Origin: Eledone cirrhosa
Lineage: Eukaryota
Assembly: GCA_964016885.1 (NCBI GenBank)
Contig: OZ024744.1
Coordinates: 73,718,001-73,782,000, forward strand
Reading direction: 5' to 3'
Length of the DNA: 64,000 bases
Shown here: one piece after another, positions 38,045 to 52,320 of the stretch
Position numbering within the stretch: position 1 is the first letter of the stretch
Layout of the letters: the number at the start of each line of letters is the position of its first letter
Notes under the pieces: model-generated
Databases searched by the model: none
What the model was told of the DNA's origin: nothing
Seen by the model: only the letters and a program-made list of their open reading frames with translations
Translations under genes and position numbers: made by a program

Positions 38045-41000
38045 ACAAATGGGTTGTTCTATCGACGGGTATTAAACAACTTCAGGAGCGTCTTGTGCAA
38101 GTGCTCCCTCTTCCTTTTGCTCCCTTCTTTAACCTACAGGGTTATAAACAGAGAAGGCACAATCACTCGGGCCATTTTCGCTTCATTCACCCACCTTTCA
38201 GTAAATTTACAGGGGTGCAGTGCCTCTCTCTCCACTCTGATTTTCCTTCTAAAGTGATATTTAAAGAAGGGAATCAATTGTTGTCCGGAGAGAAAGGCAT
38301 CTGTCCTCAGTCCTCTCAATCTCGTCCACCATATAACCTCTTTCACCATAGCGACTATACAGAGGAAAACCGCCTCTTTCATTTTTGAAAGAGGCTGGCG
38401 GTTTGATCCTTACTATGGACTCGGCAGTCAACTGGATTTGTCCCATACGCGACAGCAGTTGTTCTGCATAGTTCCACTGGTCGCTTACGCCCGGGAAGTG
38501 TACAATTGCGTGCAAGACGGTTTCAATGTCCTGCTCGTATCTTGGACACGTCCTCTTGGAAGGATCCCTGCCGGGGCCTCCGTGCCTGTAGATCTTATCT
38601 CGAAGGGGTAGAGCTCCTCGGTAGCACTGCCAGGCCAGGGACCTCTGGAAGTTGTCCATAGGTCCTGGGCGGAAAGACCTACCGAACAGACTGGTGAGCT
38701 CGTCGTCTTCGACGCCTAGAGTCTCCCCGAGCACGTCGTCTCACTTGTAAAGTACTAACCCACTATAGAATGTTGAAGTGGAGTCTCCACTGATTGCCGC
38801 GCCCGCTTGCCAGAGGACTGTGAGCGCCTTGGCGCATTCAATGTGCCAGGCGCCCATCTTCTTCGGTCTTCGTTTCACCCAGGGCTGCAGCTCCGTCAGC
38901 GAGACAAGTTGTGGGAAGGCCTGTCTCACAAACGGTGCCCACACCGGTTGGTCGGTGAGGAACACCTGTAGATGCCACAGCGCATGTTTGCGCATCATTA
39001 GCCACGGCAGGCCCAGCCCTCCGTTGGAAGAGTGTTGATAGCAGACGGATCACCTCACAAGTGGGGCTGCTTCTTCCACAGGAACTGGAAGAGCATGCGT
39101 TCCATCTTGGTGAGGTTTTCACGGGGACAAGGCACGACAGTCAAGCGGTAGTAGATGACGGACCCTATGAAAGTGTTCGCCACCTCCGCTCGACCTTTCA
39201 ATGACAGTTTGCATTCTGCCCATTTCTGGTTGAGCGCAAATACCTCGTTCCAGTTTTTCTCCACCTGGAGGTCTGTACCGAACCAGACCTCGAGCAATTT
39301 CACCGGTCCTTCCGTCCAGCGTCCGACGACGCTGTCGGGCGGCATCGGTTTGCCTCTCCACGTTCCGAGTGCAAACCGACAGACTTGTCCGGGTTCAGTT
39401 TTGCTCCTGTGAACCTTTCGTATTCCTGTAGTAGTTTGCCGATTACCTTGATTTCCGAGGTTTTCGACACCATTACCCTCACGTTATCGGAATAAGCCGA
39501 TGCCGCTTTTCGCAGTCGCGGCTCTAAAGGGATGCTCTGCAAACGCTCCAACTTCCGCAGTAATAGCTCTAGGGTCAATACGTACAGAATGGAGGAGAGA
39601 GGGCATCCCTGTCGAATGGAGCGCGTGATTGCGAACGGCTCCGATAGGTAGCCGTTCACCTTGACCCTCGAGCAGATGCTGATGTGCATCGCCTTGATCC
39701 AGCCTCTGAAAACGCGACCGAAAACGGCCGCCTTGAGAACTGCTTCCAAGTATCGATGGTCGACCCTATCGAATACCTTAGACTAATCTAAATTGATCAG
39801 AGCCCCATCGAAGCCGGATTTACACCCTACCTTCTCTATTATGTATCATATGAGGTGAAGGTTATCATGTATGGACCTGGCGGGATTGCACACGTTTGCG
39901 CTTTCCCTACCAGGTTTTCGACGAGAAGCGCCAGCTTCGTTGCTAGCACCTTCGCCAAAATCTTTAACTCTTTAAGCAGAGTTATAGGCCTGAAATTTTT
40001 TATTTCGTCCCCCTTGTTCTCGTCTTCCTGATCAGCGCTACTACGCCTTTGCCTGCTGAACTAGGAATTGTCACGTTCTGCTGCTAATTGCAGTAGACGG
40101 CTTCGAGGACACCAGAGAACATGTCCGGCATGCCTATGTAAAATTAATAGGGTAGACCATATAGACCGGGTGACTTGCGTTTATCACAGTGGCCCAGAAC
40201 GTCCCGTATCTCAGTGGCTGTGATCGGCCTTTCGCAGAATTCGGCGTCTATGCTCGAGAGTCGAGGCAGGCCGTCGAGGTATGAACTAAAGTCCATTGCC
40301 CCGTTCGGTGCACCGTCGTTCTACTCAAACTATCGCGCAAAGTGCCGCTGAAAGGCTGCGCACATCTGCCTGGGGTCAAGTAGCACGCGTCCGTTTTGGT
40401 CTTTCAAAGACCGAATCGTGGACTTGTTGCCACTTTTCGCTTCCGCCACTCGGGCCCAGCTAACAGCTTTTGCTGCCTCGTTTCCTAGAGCACGTGATTT
40501 ACTTCTGACCACGCAGCCTTCGTGTGTCGCGTCGAAGAACTGGTCCAGTGCCGTTCTCGATACTAGCACACTAGCTGCGTTGCCACTCCAAAGCGCCTAT
40601 TCTACCTTGGCTACTAGTTCTGTTTCTGATTTGTTTTTCTCTAAAGCTAATTCTCTGCTAAACCCTATCGATTCTACTCTAATTGCTCTCTTGAGAGAGT
40701 ACCACCATCTATTGTTGACGATGGCTCCCGTCAAATCTTGTTTAACTAATCTACTTACCCGTTCACTGTAGGCTTTTCGTGCCGGCAACGACACGTTCAG
40801 ATTCCAGTATCCGGGTCCTTGTCTATGTATTCTATCACGGTTGACTATGCAGACGACTAGTTTGTGATCTCAATAGGCATCCATGTGCATTTGTGGACAG
40901 CTTAACATCTTCTTGTCCTTTTCTCTAAAGAAAAACCTATCTAGATACGATCTAGATGTCCCGCTACGGTTTGTCCACGTCCACTGTAGTGCAGTCGGGA

Positions 41001-43415
41001 AATCTAGTCGATATCTATCGGCCAGTTGGAATTGGCTGATTATATTTTTGGCTGATTATATTTTTGAGGCTGTTGCAGCCCGCTCTACTGGGACATGCTC
41101 CCGCATTGTCCCATCGTGCATCTAGGATACAATTCCAGTCCCCTCACTAAAAGCAGGGAGCGAGTCTGTCTGACTCTAGACGTTTAAAGAAGTCTGGTCG
41201 CGATTGTGATTGCTCGGTCGGAGCATAAACGCCCACCAGTCTGAAGGCTCCACCTCCAATACTGTTCACGTCTAGGACTACCAGTCTACTCTCCGGGTCC
41301 AAGTGTACTTGCTGTACTTCGAGATCCAGGTTTTTCCGAAACACGACAGTCACTCCCCTTCCACCTCCCGGCTGACAGAGAGATGCGTAGATCTCAAAGT
41401 CATTGAAGATGGGGGTTAGTTGCTGCCTGTTGTGGATCCTGGACTCGCTGATGGCTATTACATCTATACTGTGTGACCTAAGGTGGTTTAAAAGTTGGCC
41501 CTGTTTCCAGGGCATCCCTAGGCCAGGCACATTCTCGCTTCCAACTCGTAAGTCAGCCATGTTGGTGGAGAAGAGTTGGCGAAAAGGACGAAGAGGTGCA
41601 CATTCCTTTTCGTTTCCTGGAGATCGGGTTGTCAATCTCCATTCCATTTCTGGTGGGGGTGTTGAGTGGTGTGGGGAAACATTTCACCAGGACACGGTTT
41701 ATTGGTTTTTGGCAGGGGTTGCCAACTCCTGTGAAAACTGTTCTTTTAATTTCTGATACGTTTCTATCAAAACCCTTATTAGTTTTAGGTGTAGTTGAGA
41801 GTCTGCTTTTACAAAAGTTTTCCCCGTTTTTCTACTTTATGGGTCTTGGGAGATGACCTCCATAGATTTTTGTTGTTTGTGTTAATGTATGTGTATTGTT
41901 GTCTGTATGTTTTGTTGTTCATTTTGTAGTTTTCTTTTTATGGTGGGCATTTGTGTTTGAGGTGGTGTTGGTGTTTGTTCTGCTGGTAGGGGGGTGCTTG
42001 ATTGTGGTGGTGTTTGTGTTGTTGTTTGTGTAGGTGGTTGTGTGTTCGTGTAGGTGATTGTTGTTTTTGTGGCTTTGCGGTCTCTCTTATTTTGGTTTTT
42101 TGATTTCTGAGGCTCTCCTTCATCTTCACTTGGGATGGAGAAGTAGCCTCGTCTGGTGATGAATCATCATTAGAGGCGTGTGGGAGGGGTATGTTGTGTG
42201 GTGATGGTGTGTTTGTGTGTGTGATTGTGGTAGTATTGGATGGAGTGGGATGCGGTGGGACTGTGTTTTTCAGGGGAATTGTTTGTGTTTTTTCTGTTGT
42301 TTGTAGTTGAATAGTTGTTTGTTTTTGTGTGTTTGCTTGTTTTGTGTGTTGTTGTTGTTGTTGTGGTTTTGGATTTGTGTTGTTAAAAGTACTTTTTGGG
42401 GGGTGGTGGTGTTTGTTCGTAAGAGAGGACGGGAGGCCTTTAAATGCGATGTGCTTGCACATTTGAAACAATGTGACCTCCCTCCATCTGCCGAAATATG
42501 TATATAGTTTGTATCGTCTACTGGCACACTTTCTGGTATCTTGGAAATTCTGTCCGGTTTCATTTGGACCAAAATTTCCAAGCTTGTGCCGTTCCATGTG
42601 TTTCTTGTGGATTTTTGAATCGAAAGTATTGTGTCTTCATCCTCCTCCAAGAACCCTGCCAGAATACACCAGATGTTAATGTTGAGTGGTATGTTTGAAA
42701 TGTTTATTTTTGTGTTCTTTTTCCCATGTATGTAGGGAAAAAGGTGTGTGTGGCAGAGGTGACCGGCGTCACTGAGTATTTTTTTGCAAAGACCTCACTT
42801 TTGAAGAGTACCAAAATGCTTCCATATAGTTTAGCCCTTTGTATGAAGTGTATGATGGCATTGCCTCTTTCAAGACGATTTCCATTTCGCCTTGAGTAAG
42901 GACAGCTGTTTTTTTTTTGTTCGTTCAAAATCGTGTGAAAAATCAGTCCTTCGCATAGCGTCGGCTCTGATTTGCGGCGGAGAGGTGATTTTAACCCCTC
43001 CTTTTTTTCTCGAAGGTAATATACTTTTTTCCTTCATTGATCATTTCCTTCGCATTGGGGATATCAATATTTGTAAAACTTCCTTTGCTTATTGTGGCAA
43101 AAGATTTTTTATCGTTGCTGTTGTTGTTCTCATTGTTGTCGTTGTTGTTGTTGTTTTTGTTGTTCTCAATTGCTTGATTTGAGTATGTGGAGTTCGTTTG
43201 TGAAGTTGTGTTTTTATCTTGTTCAATATTTATTTGTGCCGTTTGTGTTTCCATACTTTTGTTTTGGTGTGATTTATCACGGTTACTACCTGTTGCCATA
43301 GTGACATTCATTTCAACTTATGGCAGGAAACACTTCAATTTTATAATTCATAGTTATAAAAACAATTTGTTATAAATTTTCTGAAAATTTCAATGACCCA
43401 CCCACTGACAATTTA
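38045..43415 (-). mobile_element. Tx1-clade copy (T8), near full length, lacking the distal 3' tail
   Basis: ORF1 from about 43311 with CFKCASTSHLKASRP; ORF2 MADLRVGSENV...VYAP...IRQGCPLS...WWTRLRGL to about 38134. Confidence 0.9.
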
Positions 43416-43420
43416 GTCGA

Positions 43421-46400
43421 TAGGGTTGTACACACCCCGAAAAAATGTACAACACTCATCTCCAGGAGCACAAAGAGTGAGTGCTCCTTTCCTCGCTTCC
43501 TCTTTTTCCTCAATCTACAGGTTTATATAAAGAGAAGGCCCAACCATTCGGGCCATCCTTGCCACATTCACCTACCTTTCGTAAATTTGCTGGGGTGCAG
43601 CACTTCTCTCTCCATTCTGATTCTTCTTCTAAAATGATATTTGAAGAAGCGAACCAGTTTTTCGCCGGAGAGAAAGGTGTCTGACCTCAACCCTTTCAGT
43701 CTCGTCCACCATATAGCCTCTTTCACCATAGCCATTACACAGAGGAAAACCGCCTCTCCTTCGTTTTTGAAGGAAGGTGGCGATTTTATCGCAATAATGG
43801 ACACGGTGGTCAACCGGATTTGTCCCACCCGCGACAATAGTGGTTCTGCATAGCTCCACAGGTCGGTAACATCCGGGCAGTGTACGAATTGGTGCGCGAC
43901 GGTTTCCTCGTCCCGCACGCATCTCGGACAGATCTTTTTCCAGGGATCCCTACTAGGGCGCCCGTGTTTGTAGAGCTTGTCTCGAACGGGTAGAGCTCCT
44001 CGGTAGCACTGCCAGGCCAGGGACTTTTGGAAGTTGTCCATCGGTCCAGGGCGGAATGTCTTAACGAACAGACTGGCCAGTTCGTCTTCCTCTACGCTTA
44101 GAGTTTCTCCAAGAGTGCCGTCGCACTTGCTGCGGACTAACCTTTTATAGAATGTCGAGGTGGAGTCTCCACTGATCGTCGGATCCGTTTGCCAGAGGAC
44201 TGTGAGCGCCTGAGCACATTCGATGTGCCAGTCACCCATTTTCCTCGGTCTTTGCTTGACCCAGGACTGAAGCTCGGTCAGCGAGACGAGTCGCTGGAAG
44301 CGTGGCCTCATGAACGGGGCCAACACCGGTTGTTCGGTGAGGAATACGTGGAGGGGCCGCATCCTGAGTGCCTGCTTGCGTATCGACAGCCACGGTACCC
44401 CCAGCCTTCCGTTTGAAGGGTCTTGACAGCAAATGGATCTTCTCACCAAAGGAGTCCGCTTCTTCCAAAGGAATTGGAAGAGCGCACGCTCCATTTTGGT
44501 GAGCGTTTTACTTGGACAAGGCACGACGGTCAAGTGGTAGTAGATGACGGACGCTATGAAAGCGTTCGCCAGCTCCGCTCGACCTTTCAAGGACAGTGTG
44601 CATTCGGCCCACTTCTGGTGGAGCGCAAACACTTTGGCCGTCACCTCGTTCCAGTTTTTCTCCACCTGGAGGTCCGGTCCGAACCAGACCCCGAACAGCT
44701 TTACAGGTCCCTCCGTCCAGCGTGCGACGACGCCGTCGGAAGGCATCGGTTTTCCTCTCCACGATCCGAGTTGCATACCGACGGACTTGACCCGGTTCAG
44801 CTTCGCTCCTGTGAGCCTTTAGTATTCCTTCAGTAAGGTGCCAACTTCCCTGATTTGTGAGGTGCTCGACACCATTACTGTCACGGCGTCGGCGTAGGCC
44901 TACGCCGCTTTTCGCAGTCCAGGTTCCAACGGGATGCCCTGCATCCGCGCCAACATCCGCAGTCGTGGCTCGAAAGTCAGTACGTACAGAAGGGAGGAGA
45001 GAGGGCATCCCTGTCGGTTGGATCGCGTGATTTGGAACGGCTTCGAGAGGTAGCCATTCACCTTGACCTTTGAGCAGATGTTGCTGCTGTGCATGGCAGC
45101 AATACGGCTCCTGAAGACGGGCCCGAAACCTGCCGTCGCGAGCCCCGCATCCAGGTATCGATAGTCGACTCTAACGAATGCCTTAGAGTGATCCAAATTA
45201 ATCAGTGCCCAACTGACGCCGGGTTCACACCCCGCCCTCACTACGATGTATCGCATGAGGTGGATGTTGTCGTGTATGGACCTGGTCGGGACTGCGCATG
45301 TCTGCGCTTCTCCCACCAGGTTTTCGATGACAAGCGCCAGCCTCTTTGCTAACACCTTCGCCAAAATCTGTAACTCTGTGTTTAGCAGAGTTATGGGCCT
45401 GAAGTTATTAATGTCGTCCCCCTTGTTCTGGTCCTTCCTGACCATCGTGACTACGGCTTTGCTCACAGAAGTGGGAATTCTCCCGTTCTGCTGCCAGTTG
45501 CAGTAGACCGCTTCGAGGAGACTGGAGAACAAGTCCGGCAATGCTACGTAAAACTCGTAGACCTGACTATTTGCGTTTGCCGCATTCGCTCAGCGCGTCC
45601 CCTATCTTAGCGGCCGAAATCGGCCTTTCGCAGAACTTTGCCTCCCCGTCCGAGAGTCGCGGCAAGCCGTCGAGATATGGACCGAAATCCATGGCCCCTC
45701 CCGGCGCGCCGCCTTTCCCGAACAGTTGTGCAAAGTGCCGCTGACAACGCAGCCTACGTGCTTTTCGTCGAAGAACTGGTTCAGAACCGTTCTTGTCGCT
45801 AGAACGTTAGCTACGCTGCCACTCCAAATCGCCTCTTCTACTTTATCTACCAGTTTCTTTTCAGTCTTATTCCTATCTAACGCTAGTTCTTTACTAAAGC
45901 CTATCGGTTCTAATCTAATTTCTCTCTTAAGAGAGCACCACCACCTGTTGTTGACAATTTCCCCCGTCAGCTGCTGCTTAACTAAAGTGCTAATCAGACC
46001 ACTGTATGCTTTACGTGTCGGTAACGACAGGTTCGGCTTGCAGTAGCCGGGTCCCTACCTATGGGTTCTATCAAGGTTGACTACGCAGGTCACTAGTTTG
46101 CGATCTGAATAGGCAACCATGAACATGTGTGGACAGCTTAATATGTCCCTATCTCAATCTCTAATTATAAACCTATCTAAGTACGATCTAGATGTCCCGG
46201 TCCGGTTCGTCCAAGTCCACAGTGGCGCAGTCGGGAAATCTAGTCGGTATCTATCGGCCAGGTGAAATCGGCCGATTGACTGTTTGAGGCTGTTACACCA
46301 ACCTCTATCGGGGCATGTTCCCACATAAGCCCAGCGTGCATCTAGGATTCCATTCCAGTCCCGCACTAAAAGCAAGGAGCGGGACATTCCCAGCAAAGTC

Positions 46401-47225
46401 TCCAGACGTTTGAAGAAGTCTGGCTGCGATGTCCCGGATGGGGCATATACGGCCACCTGTCTGAAGGCTCCACCTTCACTACTGCTTACGTCTAGGACCA
46501 CCAGTCGACCCTCCTGGTCCAAGTGTACTCGCTGTACTTTGAGATCCAGGTTTTTTCGAAACATGACAGTCACTCCCCCTCCACCTCCCGGCTGACAGAG
46601 AGATGCGTAGGGGGATTTTTGTCTGTAATGTTTGTGTTGTTTGTGTTGGTGGTTGTGTGTTTGTTGCCTTTTTGTTCGTGTTATGTCTTTTTTTTTCTTT
46701 TGGAGCGAAGGGGTTCTCTCTCATCATCACTGAGTGATGATGAGGGAGCCTCGTCCGTTGTGGTGTCTGTGTGATTGGGGAGGGGTAGGTTTTGGGGAGC
46801 TATTGTGCTTGAGGGTGTTTTTTGGAGTTGTTTTAGATGGGAAAGGGTTGGGTGGGACTGTGTTTGCGGTTTGGTTTGTTTTGGTTATTTTTGTGTGTTG
46901 TTGTTGTAATGGTAGTGGTGGTGGTTGTGTTGCTATCTTAGGTGTTGACAGTAGTGTCTTTTCTTTTAAAACAGTTAGCTGAGGACAGGAAGCCCTCATG
47001 TGACCACTGCTTAAACAGTGATAACATGAAGGCCGCCTACCCTCAACAGAAATGTTTATGTAGGAATTTCATTCCAGAGGCACACTTTGTGGTATTCTAG
47101 CTATCCGTTCTGCTCTCATTTGGACCATAACTTCTAAGCTTTTACCGTTAAATATGCCCCTGGAGGACTTTCCTACCGAAATTACTGAGTCTTCATCAAC
47201 ATTGATGAAACCAGCTAATATCCAC
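43421..47225 (-). mobile_element. Tx1-clade copy (T9), 5'-truncated with internal deletions
   Basis: ORFs 43568..44776, 44900..45541 and 46154..46573; deletions at about 45745 and 46608; same subfamily as T1. Confidence 0.9.
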
Positions 47226-47479
47226 AGATAGATAGGTAGATAAAGAGATAGATATATAAAGAGATAGATAGATTGATAGGTAGACAGATATTTAGGTAGA
47301 GTGAAAGCTGAATGGGTATTGAGAAAAAAGAAAATAGACTTGAGAATGTACGTAAAGTAATATGAGAGTGTGTGGGGGGGGGGGGGGGTATGTGGAATGA
47401 AAGATTAATCGAATAAAGAGAAAGTGATAGATAGGCGGAGATAAAGAGAGAGAAAATGAGATATAGAATAGAGATAGGC

Positions 47480-48130
47480 GGAGATTAGTGGAGGGAAGAG
47501 GAGAAGAGTGGAGTGAGAGAGGGGAAAAGGCGGAGAGAGAGGCAGGGAGAGACAGAGAGGAGAAAGAGAAAAGGAAGGAAGAGAGAGGGAAGGAAGAGGG
47601 AAGGAAGAGAGAGAGGGAAGGAAGAGAGAAGGAAAGAAGAGAGAAGGAAGAGAGAAAGGGAAGGAAGAGAGAAGGAAGTAAGAGAGAGGGAAGGAAGAGA
47701 GAAGGAAGGAAGAGAGAGGGAAGGAAGAGAGAGGGAAGTAAGAGAGAGGGAAGGAAGAGAGAGGGAAAAGAGAAAGGGAAGGAAGAGAGAAGGAAGTAAG
47801 AGAGAGGGAAGTAAGAGAGAGGGAAGGAAGATAAAGGGAAGGAAGAGAGAGAGAAGGAAGAGAGAGGGAAGGAAGAGAGAAGGAGGGAAGAGAGAAGGAA
47901 GGAAGAGAGAGGGAAGGAAGAGAGAAAGAAGGAAGAGAGAGGGATGGAAGAGAGAATGAAGGAAGAGAAAAGGAAGGAAAAGAAATGGAAAGAAGAGAGA
48001 AGGAAAGAAGAGAGAACGGAGGAAGAGAGAAGGAATGAAGAGAAAGGAAGGAAGAGAGAAGGAAGGAAGAGAGTGTCAGGAAGAGAGTGTCAGGAAGAGA
48101 GAGTGAAGGAAGGAAAGAGAGAGAAATCAA
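47480..48130. repeat. Purine-only degenerate minisatellite (GGAAGGAAGAGAGAG-like, about 15-nt units)
   Basis: Almost exclusively A/G on the plus strand. Confidence 0.9.
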
Positions 48131-48629
48131 CCGAAAGTGAAAGTACAAAAAAAAAGTGATAGATGAAGGTAGAAAGAGGGTAATTTCTGTCCACAGAACG
48201 ATATGGCGGATACAACCCAGCCAGCCATTGCTGCTGAAGTACATGGAAAGCGAAGTGAAAGAAAATCCTCTCTGCTAGGGATTTTCCGACTGACACTGAT
48301 CTTTTCTTACCTGCTTTAATCCACATTCATTACATTCTTCTACGTCTAGAATTGCTTACCCGAAATGTTTTACTTAAAAACTTATTTCATACAATATGAG
48401 ATTGTTTATCGTTTGCATTGCTCTGCCTCATTCTCTTTATATGGTTTCTAAGCCGTTTGACAATTACTTACTCTTTAGGTAAGCTTCAATAGCTTCTTGA
48501 TAGACACTTTTAAAGATTTCTGTCAATCCTTGGGGTCCAATCTTATATATATTTCCTGAACCTATTTTCTATCACGAGTTCACTCGTTTTGAACAATCTA
48601 TTGTCTTTTTGTGCTCGAGCTCTCATTCG

Positions 48630-48750
<121 letters not shown>

Positions 48751-48892
48751 TTTTTGCGTAAGAGAGCGAGAGAAATAGTGAGAGTGGGAAAATGAGATAG
48801 AGAAAGACGGAGGTATGAGAGATACAGTGAGAAAGAGAAAGAGAAAGAGAAAGAGAAAGAGAAAGAGAGACATAGAGAAAGAGAGATAGGTG

Positions 48893-48980
<88 letters not shown>

Positions 48981-49302
48981 TAAATTAGAAGGAAAGAAAG
49001 AGAAAGAGAGAACGAGTGCTTGACAGAGAGCTTCGCTTCAAGATTTGTTACTCCTTGTTGTAAACTGTCAGTTTCAACTCATTCCTTCCCTATGATATTT
49101 CCACTATCTAAGTCTGTAAACCAGTTAATTTTACAGTAATGTTTATAATCTGGTCAATTCCTTTCTATTTCAAACAAGTATTGCTTCTCCGTAAACTCTG
49201 CTGCTATGAGAGGCTTGCAGTGTAGAATTTGTTTTCAGAACAAATCTTAATTCCTTTCATAGTCCAATCAGTAACATTTTTTTTAATACATAATTGTGTA
49301 GG

Positions 49303-49358
49303 TACATACGTACATACGAACATACATACATACATACATACATACATACATACATACA

Positions 49359-49389
<31 letters not shown>

Positions 49390-49506
49390 GTACATACATA
49401 CATACATACATAAATACATACATACATACATACATACATACGTGCATACATACATACATACCTACATACATACATACATACATACATACATACATACATA
49501 CATACA

Positions 49507-49537
<31 letters not shown>

Positions 49538-49558
49538 GTACATACATACATACATACA

Positions 49559-49589
<31 letters not shown>

Positions 49590-49627
49590 GTACATACATA
49601 CATACGTACATACACACATACATACAT
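49303..49627. repeat. (CATA)n microsatellite
   Basis: Visible directly. Confidence 0.95.
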
Positions 49628-49842
49628 AGTCACATCAACATGATATAGACCGCCTCTACTTGAAACGTAAATATGAGAGTAGTATAGATTAGCAAAGTAG
49701 TCTATCTTGGACCAACAACCTCTATATTGGCTCCCACTTTGAAGGATACGCTTTTGCAAACCAAGAACAGGAGATCAATATGAAATACCTGATTCACAAA
49801 AGAGATAGGGATGCAGACAAAAGAGATATAGAGAAAGAATCG

Positions 49843-49990
49843 ACCCCAGTGCAGGACTGGTACTTTATTTATCGACCTCGAAAGGCAAAGTTGACAACGA
49901 CGGGATTTGAACTCAGAGAGCAGAGAACCGGAACGACTACCACAAAGCATTCTATCCGACGTTCTAACATGACTCTGCCAATTCACCTCC
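49843..49990 (-). mobile_element. Older S1-related SINE (similar decayed copies at 52852-53121 and 61780-61915)
   Basis: Reverse-complement core CTGGTACTTTATTTATCGACC and B-box GGATTTGAACTC. Confidence 0.7.
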
Positions 49991-50253
49991 TTAATAACTA
50001 TATGTAAGCAATTTAAAAGAAGAGGAAAGCATTTTCAAGCGGTCACACTGTAAAAAGATCCCATTAGTAACCCAAAAGATGCTGTCTTACGTCTTTAGAT
50101 AGTCAGTTGTTTCATATTCTGTTACTATACACATATAAGGAATATTGCTAACAACGCTGAATGTCAAATAATGGAAGGACGCTGCAAGGGGCATCAGATT
50201 TCACTGCTAGAACATATCTAGTATCTGTGTCCAGTCACAACTGTTTCTAAATC

Positions 50254-50346
<93 letters not shown>

Positions 50347-50419
50347 TCCCTTCTTCTCTCTCTCCGCCTTTCTCTTTCTGCCCCTTCTCTCTCTGTATAC
50401 ACATACATACATACGTATA

Positions 50420-50500
<81 letters not shown>

Positions 50501-51453
50501 GTATATATATATATGCGTGCGTGTGTGTGTATATATATATGTAAATATATATATACATATATATGTATTAGATATATAGTGTGTGTATGAGGGTGCGTGT
50601 GTCAGTATGTGTGTGCGTGACTGAGTATATATGTGTGTGTGTGTATATATGTGTGTATGTGGTTTCTTTTTATTTTTTAATTATTTTATACCCTCTGCTA
50701 TTCTTTACAACATTTTTCCAGATTAACTTACTAAGCCTCAACAATAACCCTTGAGAACGACCACTCCCACATACACGTAGGCACACACGTACACAAACAC
50801 CCGTACACACACACGCACCTACACACATGCGCGCACACACACAAACACAAACACAAACACACACTCTTAATGATATTCATCGTTGGTTATTTTAGAGTCT
50901 AATCACTTTTTCTTGTTTATTTAGTTGTTAATTTATTTAATTTTAATAACTATTAGACGACTAGACGACCCATAACTTTTCACCATTATTGCCAATGGCA
51001 CCGAAATAAAAGATTAGCGATTGAGATTCGAAAGGAGCGAAAAGAATATATATCAATAATTAATATCCCAAACTATTTAATCTCAGTCTATAATGATATT
51101 TAGTACCGTTTCCTTCCTTCTGTTATAAAACATAAAGTAATAGGAAGTAACGAACGAATTCTTGGAAAGACAAATCACTTAACATATTTTATGTTTGTTG
51201 ACAGAACGTGGGCCTATTCTGATGATAATATAATATTATTTGCGACATTGTTAAAAGGAAATATGTAGTCAGTAAAATCGTTTATGATCTCTTGTCGACA
51301 ACTTACAAAACAAATATACTTAAGTACATATTGTATATAAAGTAAAACGACTGAATAGGTGTGTAACTTTTATCCCCATTGCTTTTCTCATTTTCCCCGT
51401 TCCTTCCTCTCTTCACCCATTATTTTTTTCTATTTATCTTCTATTTCTAACTA

Positions 51454-51489
51454 TCTTCTGATGAAGGACTAGTGTCCGAAACGTTAAGA
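51454..51489 (+). ncRNA. Minimal hammerhead motif with loopless stem III
   Basis: TCTT CTGATGA a GGAC tagt GTCC GAAAC GTT AAGA. Confidence 0.78.
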
Positions 51490-51679
51490 CTCTCTTCCTG
51501 CTATTTCAAGCGTTAAACTAATATATTTCTTCCATGTATTGTGCCGTTTGTTTGGTTCTTTTTGTTATTATTTTTAAATATATATATATTTGAAAAAAGT
51601 CTTGCGTGACTAGAATCATACAAAATGAATTATTAAAAAAAAATAGTTTTTGTCCTTATTCATAGATGAAATTAAGACA

Positions 51680-52320
51680 CTGTTGGCTTCTGACAAGAGT
51701 TTGGTTTATCTTGGTACTGATTACCATTCCAAACTTGGTCGAAGCTTTATCAAGGTAGTTAAGTAGGTCGACTGATTCATTCTCTTTTCCAAATAGGCCC
51801 TCAATATTGTCTGTGTAATTAAGTTGAACTGGCTTACTTTAGTGAATAAAAAGGTTCTTGTGCACGAAGGGCTGTTATAATCTCCCTTCCCCAGGTTGTG
51901 TATCTCTCCTTATTTTAGTATATCAGTCACTCTCTTTTATCAGTAGAGAGTTGTTATTAATCTATCTTCAGTATGTTCATCCCCATAGTCTCTTTTTGGA
52001 GGTGTAGACTTATGCCACTGTGATGTTGAAGGGCTTTGCCTTTAGATAGATGTTCATGAGTTTAGTTGATACTGGATTGCACCCTAGCATGTTATTTATA
52101 TAGATGTCTTGACTAGCAATCCTATCCTATTTTCATATCAATTCTCTCCGTTAAAGTACATAGCATACATACGCTTCCCCACACTTAATTTCACCACTAC
52201 TCTTCCATCTAGTTTCAAACAGATCAATCAGATGCCATGTGTAACTCTCTACCACTAGGCGAGTTCTTTCATTTTTCTAATCTGATTCAGTATACTTATG
52301 TCCCATGTGGTAACTGTGAT
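51680..52320 (-). mobile_element. Decayed RTE-clade APE endonuclease fragment
   Basis: Minus-strand peptides TWDISILNQ, LFETRWKSSGE and CNPVSTKLMNIYLKAKPFNITVA*VYT match the RTE EN pattern (TWNVRTL, SETRWxGSG, KPFNITIIQVYAP). Confidence 0.72.

Noticed and set aside
47405-48244. 279-aa Ser/Leu/Pro-rich and Arg/Glu-rich ORFs
   Set aside because: Translations of a purine-only minisatellite.
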